Translations under genes and position numbers: made by a program
Notes under the pieces: generated by a model
The model's database searches: none
What the model was told of the DNA's origin: nothing
The model's input: only the letters and a program-made list of their open reading frames with translations
Shown here: piece after piece, positions 56,691 to 64,000 of the stretch
Layout: every line of letters starts with the position of its first letter
Numbering within the stretch: position 1 is the stretch's first letter
Assembly (NCBI GenBank): GCA_963748895.1
Contig: CAVVKF010000001.1
Coordinates: 480,983-544,982 of the forward strand
DNA length: 64,000 nucleotides
Direction of reading: 5' to 3'
DNA from: an uncultured Solirubrobacterales bacterium
GTDB lineage: Bacteria > Actinomycetota > Thermoleophilia > Solirubrobacterales > Solirubrobacteraceae

Positions 56691-57541
56691 ATGCTCACCG
56701 ACTACCACGTCCACCTTCGCCCCGACGAGCCCGGCACAACCGCCGAGCTGTTCTTCACACCGGCGAACGCCGAGCGCTACCGGGCCGCCGCGAGCGAGCG
56801 CGGAATCGCCGAGCTGGGGGTCTCCGAGCACGTGTACCGCTTCGAGCAGGCGCTCGAGGTCTGGCCGCACCCCTTCTGGCAGGCGAACGCGCACGACGAT
56901 CTCGACGCCTACTGCGAGTTCGTGCGCGAGCAGACCGACCTGCGGTTGGGGATCGAGGCGGACTTCGTGCCTGGCGGCGAGGACCGCATGGCCAAGCCTG
57001 CTGGAGGCACGCGACTTCGACTACGTGATCGGCTCGGTGCACTTCCTGCGCGACGAGGCGGTCGACATGGACGACTACAGCGTGTGGGGAAAGCGCCACA
57101 GCCCCGAGGAGATCTGGAAACGCTATTTCGAGACGCTCGGCGAGGCCGCACGCAGCGGGCTGTTCGACGTGCTGGCGCACCCCGACCTCGTGAAGGTCTG
57201 GGGCGCTGATCGCCCACTGCCCTGAGGGCGATCTGCGCCGCTACTACGAGCTGGCGATGGACGGGATCGCGGAGTCGCGGATCGCGGTGGAGGTCTCCAC
57301 CGCGGGGCTGCGCAAGCCCGCTGGGGAGCTGTATCCCGCGCCGGCGTTCCTGGAGATGTGCCTGGAAACGGGCGCGCCCGTGGCGCTCTCCAGCGACGCG
57401 CACCGGCCCGAGGACGTCGGCGCCGATTACGAGCAGGCGCTAGAGCTGCTGGCGGCCTCGGGCGTTGAGGAGCTGTGCGTGTTCGAGCGGACGCGAGCGG
57501 CGGCTGGAGAGACTCAATCCGACCCACCCGGCGACCGATGA
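56691..57541 (+). CDS. PHP-domain histidinol-phosphatase (HisJ/HisK) family; indels
   Basis: DYHVH, SEH, GIEAD, DYVIGSVH, LAHPDL, E.STAGLRKP..E.YP, SSDAH. Confidence 0.8.
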
Positions 57542-58018
57542 GCTTCGCCGGGATCGGCTACGACTCGCACCGCCTGGCGCAGGGTCGCCGGCTGATCCTG
57601 GGCGGGGTGGAGATCCCCGGCGAGCGTCGGCTTGGAGGGGCACTCCGACGCCGATGTGCTGACCCATGCGGTGATCGACGCGCTGCTCGGCGCGGCCGGA
57701 CTGGGCGATATCGGCGAGCACTTCCCCGACATCGACGAGCGCTGGCGCGACGCCGACTCGCTGGAACTGCTCGGGAGCGTCGTCGCGACTGTGAATGCCG
57801 CAGGGCTGAAGATCGTGAACGTCGACTGCACCGTTGTGATGGAGCGGCCGAAGCTCGGCGCCCATCGCGAGGAGATCCGTGTGCGGCTGGCGCAGGTGCT
57901 CGGGTTGGAGGAGAAACGTGTGAACGTGAAGGCCACGACCGGTGAGGGGATCGGGTTCGTCGGCCGCGGCGAGGGTGTCGCGGCGCTCGCGATCGCCGGC
58001 CTCGATGAGCGGAGTTAG
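57538..58018 (+). CDS. ispF: 2-C-methyl-D-erythritol 2,4-cyclodiphosphate synthase; indel near 57630
   Basis: GIGYDSH, GHSDADVLTHA.IDALLGA, VNVKATT.EG.GF.GRGEG. Confidence 0.9.
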
Positions 58019-58029
58019 AGGCGCCGACG

Positions 58030-59415
58030 ATGCGCGAGATTCGACTGCACGACACTCGCACCGGCGAGCTGCTGCCCCTGCAGTCGCGCGACCCCGGCAG
58101 GGTGGGCATATATGCGTGCGGGCCGACGGTATACAGCCGCATCCACATCGGCAACGCGCGGCCGTTTGTGGTGTTCAGTCTTTTGAAGCGCTTTCTCGAA
58201 AGCGAGGGCTTGAAGACGACGCTGGTCGTGAACGTCACCGATGTCAACGACAAGATCTATGACGCCGCGAGTGCGCAGGACCGTCCGAGTGAAGGACTGG
58301 CGACGGAGATGACCGATCTTTACTTCGCGGACACCGACGCGCTCGGGCTCGGCCGTCCCGATCACGAGCCGCTGGCCTCGGAGACGATCGGGCCGATCGT
58401 CGAGTACATCCAAACGCTGATCGACAGCGGGCACGCCTATGCGGCCAAGGGCGACGTCTTCTTCCGTGTGCGCTCGGACTCCGGCTACGGGTCGTTGTCG
58501 CACCGGCGGATCGAGGAGATGGACCAAGGCGAGGATAAAGAGGGGTCCGACCGCAAGGAGGACTCGCTCGACTTCGCGTTGTGGAAGGGACGCAAGCAGG
58601 GAGAGGACACCTGGTGGGAGGCCCCCTGGGGGCAGGGTCGTCCCGGCTGGCACATCGAGTGCTCGGCGATGGCCGAGGATGCGCTCGGCGTTGGCTTCGA
58701 TATCCACGGTGGCGGTTCGGACCTTGTGTTCCCCCATCACGAGAACGAGGCCGCCCAGACCCGCGCCGCACGCGGGGGCAGCTGGCGCGGATCTGGATGC
58801 ACAACGGGATGATCCAGTCAACGGGCGAGAAGATGGCCAAGTCGGTCGGCAACATCGCGCCGCTGTACGAGGTGCTGGACGAGGCGGGCGAGGGGTGGGG
58901 ACGCCACGCCGTGGTGATGTATCTGATCGGCGGCCACTACCGTCAGCCACTGGCGTTCTCGCGCACCGAGCTGGGAGACGCCGAGCGGCGCGTCAACCGT
59001 ATCCGCGACGCGCTCAGACGGACCGTCGCGGGCGCGGCGAGCCCGCCGGATATGGCCGACCACAGGAAGGCGTTCAGCGATGCGCTGGCCGACGACTTCA
59101 ACACACCGAAGGCACTCGCCTCTCTGTTCGAGTGGGTGCGTGAGGCCAACCGCCGCGGCGAGGGGGTGGGCGATCGCGACCTACGCGAGATGCTCGAGAT
59201 CCTGGGGTTGGGAGATTTGACCGCGCTGGAGATGGTGGGTGACGTGGCCGGAATCGACCCCGAGGCGGTGGAGCTGCTGGCGCGGCGCGAGGCCGCTCGC
59301 TCGGAAACGGGACTTCGAGGCCGCCGACCGTCTGCGCGATGAGTTGAGCGCGCGCGGGTGGGAGATCCGCGACGGAGCCGGGGGCTCGGAGCTGATCCCG
59401 ATCGCCAAGCCGTGA
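58030..59415 (+). CDS. cysS: Cysteine--tRNA ligase; indels near 58780 and 59305
   Basis: CGPTVY, HIGN, DFALWK, GRPGWHIECS, HHENE, KMAKS, DDFNTP. Confidence 0.93.
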
Positions 59416-60133
59416 TCCTCTACGGACGCAACCCGGTGCGCGAGGCGCTGCGTGGGCGCCGCAAGCACGCGGTGGGAGAGGTGTGGGCGACAGCGGGTGT
59501 GGCGCGCGAGCCCTGGCTCGAGGATGTGCGGGTCAAGAGCGCCTCCGCCGAGGAGGTGCAGCGCCGCTGCGGCTCGACCGCCCACCAGGGGATCTGCGCG
59601 GAGGCGGGCGGCTATCCGTACTGCTCCGCCGCGGAGCTGCTCGCGGGCACGGACCCCTTGGTGGTCGCGCTCGACCAGGTGCAGGACCCGCAGAACCTGG
59701 GATCGATCTGCCGCACTGCCGAGTGCGCCGGTGCCGCCGGCGTGGTGATCCCCGAACGCCGCGCGGCCGAGGTCACGCCGGCGGTGTGCAAGGCATCGGC
59801 GGGCGCCGTCGAGCATCTGAAGGTGGCGCGGGTGCAGGAACATCGCCGACTTCCTCGCCGACGCAAGCAGGGCGGGATGCTGGTGCTATGGCGCCAGTGC
59901 AGAGGCGAAGGTAGCCTACGACGCGCCGGATTATAGCGGCGGCGGCGTGGTGCTGGTGCTGGGCAGCGAGGGGGAGGGCCTGCGCCCACGGGTCGCCAAG
60001 GCATGCGACGAGCTGATCGCGCTGCCGATGCAGGGGCGCGATCGAGTCGCTCGGTGTGAGCGCGGCGGCGGCGGCGGTGCTGTACGAGATCTTGCAGAAT
60101 CGGCAAAGCGCGCGTCTTGACAAGACTCCATAA
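59412..60133 (+). CDS. rlmB: 23S rRNA (G2251-2'-O)-methyltransferase; indels
   Basis: YGRNPVREAL, HQG, DPQNLGSICRTA, KASAGA, LGSEGEG. Confidence 0.88.
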
Positions 60134-60268
60134 CTGTGAGAGGCTCGCCCTGACATAACGCTGAACCTAAGGTTGATGAAACCTTAGGCAAACATAGCTT
60201 TGGCGCCAGGGGAGGAGTGCGCCACTGAGCAAATTCGGGCTGCAAGCAGCCCGAGAAAGGATCTGCTC

Positions 60269-60915
60269 GTGGCACGAATCTCCAGCAACAGTAACTCTGA
60301 AGTTAAGGTTGAGGATGGTTTCTTGATCGCCCTCGCCAAGCAGGGCGATCGCAACGCCTACGACCGTCTCGTCAGGCGCTACCACGGTTTCGTGCGCCTG
60401 AAGGCCTCCTCCTACTTTCTGGCGGGCGGAGACTCCGAAGACCTGATCCAGGAGGGCCTGGTCGGCCTGTACAAGGCGATCCGCGACTACCGCTTCGATC
60501 GCGAGTCGAGCTTTCGCAACTTCGCCGAGCTGTGCATCACGCGGCAGATCATCACCGCGGTGAAGACCGCGACGCGCAACAAGCACACGCCGCTGAACCA
60601 GTACGTCTCCTTCTCCTCGACGCCCGCGGGCGCCGGCGACGACGTGCCGACGCTCGACCAGGTGCTCCCCGGACCGAGCGTGCACGACCCCGTCAACCAG
60701 GTGATCTCCTCCGAGGAGCTGCGCTCGCTCGTGGGCTGCCTGTCGACCGCGCTCTCAGAGCTGGAGAGCCGGGTGCTGGGCTGTACCTGGACGGCTACTC
60801 CTACGAGCAGGTGGGCGAGCGGCTGGAGTGCGACACGAAGACGGTGGACAACGCACTGCAGCGGGTCAAGCGCAAGGTCGGCGCGCACCTCGACGCCCGC
60901 GCGGTGGCCGCCTGA
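60269..60915 (+). CDS. sigH: RNA polymerase sigma factor, Firmicutes SigH (Spo0H)-like; indel near 60780
   Basis: YFLAGGD.EDLIQEG..GLYKAIRDY, SFRNFAELCITRQIITAVK.ATR.KH.PLN.YVS, K.VDNALQRVKRK. Confidence 0.85.
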
Positions 60916-60991
60916 ACGAAGGTCCTTGTCCTTGGCTTTACCGGGAAGCCCTTACCCGGGGTGCGCCGCGCGGCCAACGTGACGGTGAACG

Positions 60992-61478
60992 TCACTCGCG
61001 GGTCAGCGGCTCTGTGTTGCCGGCGAGGGCATCGGCGAGGCCCTCGCGCGCGCCGTCCTGCGCGAGCTCACGTTGGTCGGCGGCGGCGGCAAGCAGCGAC
61101 TGCCAGCGCTTCTCGCTGCCGGCCGTCTCGCGGAGTCGCTCTAGATCGCGCCGCAGATCGACGACGCTTCCGAAGGCTAAAGTCATCGGCTGCTCTCTTA
61201 CGACATCGATCAATTCGCGTTGGGCCCAGGCCCGAACCGTCGGCTTTGAGACACCAAGCGCGGTGGCCGCCTGGGTGAGGTCTATCTCAGCAGGGCGCAT
61301 CGCGGCCGCTATCTGGTGCCCGGGCACGCCGGCGCTCATAGACATCGCCCAGTCCACGACCGAGCGCGTCCCCGCGATCTTCCTCGGATGGGCGTGAGGA
61401 GTAGGCCTCCCATACGATCTCCGCCTCAGGCTCGGTGAGGGAGAGGAGGATCTCCTGCAAACGCTCCTTACTCGTCAT
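60992..61478 (-). CDS. HTH DNA-binding protein (excisionase/MerR-like HTH); probably one gene split by an indel near 61380
   Basis: IDLTQAATALGVSKPTVRAWAQRELI. Confidence 0.55.
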
Positions 61479-61799
61479 GCTCATGACGCTGCCGAGAGAG
61501 GTTCGCGAACAGCCGGTGGCCTGTCTGGTTCGATCCATGCAGACAACTGTACGCCGAGCTTGCGACGGCTCGCTCGATCGGCACGGGCACAGTAAGACCT
61601 CAGCACAGCTTTGCGCGGCTGTCACCGGCATCTTGCGCATTTATTGGGTCGCCCTCCAAGTTAGGCCAACCCTCACTGACATTACAACGCTCTGGAAAGC
61701 CTACCGGCAGAGGGAATGCTGAGCGCGAGGCGTAACTGATATGGGCAACGTTTGTCAAGTTGGGCAGGGGTAGAGGGAGCCTGGTGGGTGTCGGGCTCC

Positions 61800-62025
61800 G
61801 TCCTTTTTGGGCTGTGGTTCGAGATGCGGGTGGCGGCCGGAGCTGCGAGGGCAGTCATGCTGATATGCGAGGGCTGGGTACCTCAAGGCGGTTCTTCGCT
61901 GCGCCTGGGCCGCAGTCTATAAACGAAACGAGCGCCCCAACGGTGGTTGGTGCTCATAGCTACGTCGCGGGTCCGTGTGACGCGGCGCCGGCCGCCACCC
62001 CCATACCGAACGGGATGTGTGGTGC
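61800..62025 (-). ncRNA. Putative bridge/seek RNA of the IS110 element; boundaries approximate
   Basis: Internal segments match the element ends (CTGATATG 61860-61867 = 61736-61743) and the flank (AGCTACG 61958-61964 vs AGTTACG). Confidence 0.55.
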
Positions 62026-62029
62026 GGGT

Positions 62030-63121
62030 TCAGTCGGGTTGCTGGGCGACCTCCCAGACGAAGCACGCGAGCTCGCGAGCGACCGCGACAGCGACAGTGG
62101 CGCGCTTCTTCGCGCATGCCGCGTCGAGGTGCGTCCAGCGGCGGTGCAGCCGGATCTGTGCACGCCACGCGGTCTCGATCGCGGCGGTCGGCTGGTCTTT
62201 CTGGCGGCGCTTGAGCGTGAGCGACACGCCGGGCGCTCGTCGGTAGTTCCAGGCCGCCTCGACGAGCAGCCTGCGGGCGTGACTGGAGCCGACCTTGGTG
62301 ATCGATCCCTGCCGGCGTTTGGCGCCGCTGGAATGCTCGGATGGGACCAAGCCGAGGTAGCTTGAGAGCTGCTTGGGGTGCGAGAACGCGCTGATGTCAC
62401 CGATCTCGCAGACCAGGCCGACCGCGGTGAGCGTCTCGATGCCACGCAGGCACCGCAGCCGCGCGACCTGTGGTGCCCACGGGCCTTGGATGGACTGCTC
62501 GAGGATCAGCCCGTCCAGCCTCTCACGCCGTGCGAGCAGCACCTCGTGGTGAGCGAGGTACTCGCCGAAGAGGACCTGCTGCAGCGGCTGCTGGAAGCGA
62601 ACCTTGCTCAGCCAGTGCAGGTGATGTTCTGCCCATGTCTCACCGGGTCCGGTCCAGAGGATGCCTTGGCGCAGCAGCAGCTTGCTGATGCGGTGGCGCG
62701 CTCTCATCAGATCGCCGCGGAGATCCTCACGGGCACGCACCAAGTCGCGCAGTGCCTCGAGCTCGCGCGCGGGCACCACGACCGCACGCAGCTGCCCGGC
62801 CGCGTGCAGCCTGGCGAGCTTGAGCGCGTCGCGCGTGTCGGTCTTGATTCGGTCTCCGGGTTGACGCGGGATCGCGCCCGGCGCGCAGACCATCAGCTCA
62901 ACGCCAACCGCCTTGGCGCTCCGCGCGAGCTCGAACCCGGTCGGCCCGGCCTCGTAGACCGCGCGCACCTGTCCCGGAAGCGACTGCAGCCACTCGATCG
63001 CGGCGGCCGAAGACCCTGGCAATTGTGCCTTCCAGACCTTATCCGAGCCCAACTGCACAGCCGCGGCCGCGGTCTTCCGGGCATGCACATCAAGGCCAGC
63101 AAAATAGATACCTTCAGACAT
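62030..63121 (-). CDS. IS110-family transposase/recombinase (DEDD RuvC-like + Tnp domain)
   Basis: AGLDVHA, YEAGPTG, KTDTRDA, GI...TA..L..EIGD...F, YLGLVPSEHSSG, AVARELA. Confidence 0.95.
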   Translation of the reverse strand: MSEGIYFAGLDVHARKTAAAAVQLGSDKVWKAQLPGSSAAAIEWLQSLPGQVRAVYEAGPTGFELARSAKAVGVELMVCAPGAIPRQPGDRIKTDTRDALKLARLHAAGQLRAVVVPARELEALRDLVRAREDLRGDLMRARHRISKLLLRQGILWTGPGETWAEHHLHWLSKVRFQQPLQQVLFGEYLAHHEVLLARRERLDGLILEQSIQGPWAPQVARLRCLRGIETLTAVGLVCEIGDISAFSHPKQLSSYLGLVPSEHSSGAKRRQGSITKVGSSHARRLLVEAAWNYRRAPGVSLTLKRRQKDQPTAAIETAWRAQIRLHRRWTHLDAACAKKRATVAVAVARELACFVWEVAQQPD

Positions 63122-63391
63122 GTCGACGTTCCCCTTAGCCATTGATGCGGTACCCATCCAGGGTCATGACTTCAACGGTAGACGAACACACGTTCGCCTC
63201 CAAGGGGGTCCCGGGCAGAAGTCGCAAAGCTGGCACATTTGCCCCCGTGTTTCCGGGGGAAGCGGGCGGGCGGGGGGCGAGCGGGCACTAAACCTGGCGC
63301 GAAAACGTCCAAGCCATCGAGGAATGCCGACCGATTTCAAAGGGCCAGAACGGCCTTCGCATCCGTACGAGGACGCAGCAGCCGGTCGATA

Positions 63392-63426
63392 TCTAAAGAT
63401 CTCTAAAAGTTCTAAAAATCTCTAAA
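63392..63426. repeat. Four TCTAAA direct repeats in an AT-rich intergenic tract
   Basis: Copies at 63392, 63402, 63411 and 63421. Confidence 0.6.
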
Positions 63427-63586
63427 GGAGCCTGTCTCATCCGCATGATTCAAAATAGACAAAACCAATCAATCCAAAAACCAAATGCCGGCAAGCCAAC
63501 AAACAAACGTGAGGCCATTCCCAGCTATACCCCAGCTCCCTCATCGAATCCGCAGCCCAGCCTAACCCGCGAGGCCTGGCCTCTCG

Positions 63587-64000
63587 CTACGCCGCCACCG
63601 CCCGCACGTCGCGCCTATAGCAGATCAACTCGAGCACGTCCTGGGAGCAGGAGACTGGGTGGGCCCCGTCGTACAGCAGCCTGAACAACCAGTTGCCTCC
63701 GGGGTCGGTGACGCGCCCGGGTACGACGGCGACCTCTGCGCCGAGGTCGGCGGCGATCTGCGCGGTGAATAGCCCGCAGGAGCGTTCTCCGACCTCGACG
63801 ACGATGATCAGGCCGGAGAGCGCGGCCATGATGCGCTGGCTGGCTATGAAGCACCAGCGCTCGGGATCGGAGTATCCGGGTGGGAGCTCTGACACGGCGG
63901 CGCCTTGGGCGAGGATGCCTCGGTGCAGGTCCTGGAGCCGTCTGGGGTAGGGGATCTCGGGGCCGGTGGACATCACGGCAATGCTGTTTGCGCTGGCGTG
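63587..64000 (-). CDS. DprA/Smf (SLOG) family protein, divergent; 5' truncated by window edge
   Basis: SE.PPG....F....RI.AALS...IVVE....S..L.TA..A..LG.EV.VVPG.V.DP......L..DGA. Confidence 0.7.
   Translation of the reverse strand, partial: HASANSIAVMSTGPEIPYPRRLQDLHRGILAQGAAVSELPPGYSDPERWCFIASQRIMAALSGLIIVVEVGERSCGLFTAQIAADLGAEVAVVPGRVTDPGGNWLFRLLYDGAHPVSCSQDVLELICYRRDVRAVAA

Larger units (their letters stand above)
61736..63199 (-). mobile_element. IS110-family insertion sequence (IS1111-like layout, long non-coding 3' end); left end inferred
   Basis: Transposase plus about 290 bp downstream NCR ending TTGACA-N-CCATATCAG; imperfect sub-terminal IR GGC(G)AACGT at both ends. Confidence 0.75.

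Noticed and set aside
57223-57225. In-frame TGA in the PHP gene as selenocysteine or readthrough
   Set aside because: Removing one C restores ...PLPEGDLRRYY; it is an indel, and no SECIS-like hairpin is evident
60916-61760. tRNA cluster expected after sigH
   Set aside because: No cloverleaf or T-loop/CCA pattern seen

Overview
High-GC chromosomal segment. Gene content, gene order and protein style suggest a deep-branching actinobacterium (Thermoleophilia/Solirubrobacterales-like); this is inference, no search was run. 1-31 kb is a mixed accessory/metabolic region: the tail of an Mce/Mla-type ABC ATPase operon with an MMPL transporter, an mIHF-like nucleoid protein, a head-to-head serine palmitoyltransferase-like + bacterial ceramide synthase-like pair, AlkA, a TPP-riboswitch-controlled ThiXYZ-type ABC importer, MoxR/VWA, a secreted D-glucuronyl C5-epimerase-family protein, beta-oxidation genes, a GGDEF-EAL protein and an FtsX-type ABC exporter with secreted proteins. 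31-61 kb is a conserved, Firmicutes-like core block (PNP, MerR-adenylyl cyclase, tilS-hpt-ftsH-folP-folB...folK, coaX-dusB-greA-lysS-clpC-radA-disA-carD-ispD-PHP-ispF-cysS-rlmB-sigH), interrupted by an ECF sigma/anti-sigma/cupredoxin/MMPL cassette. After sigH an accessory region begins, with an HTH gene, an IS110-family element carrying a putative downstream bridge/seek RNA whose guides can be read from the sequence, and a divergent dprA. Many single-base indels cluster at about 8.5-14, 30-38 and 53-61 kb, including in essential genes, and are read as assembly errors. Best leads: a possible sphingolipid (ceramide) synthesis locus near lipid transporters in a monoderm, the IS110 bridge RNA, a carD with an apparent AUU start under phased repeats, a 24-bp-period palindrome array before clpC, a covarying REP-like repeat, and frequent leaderless/bidirectional promoters. 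No rRNA, tRNA or CRISPR array was seen.
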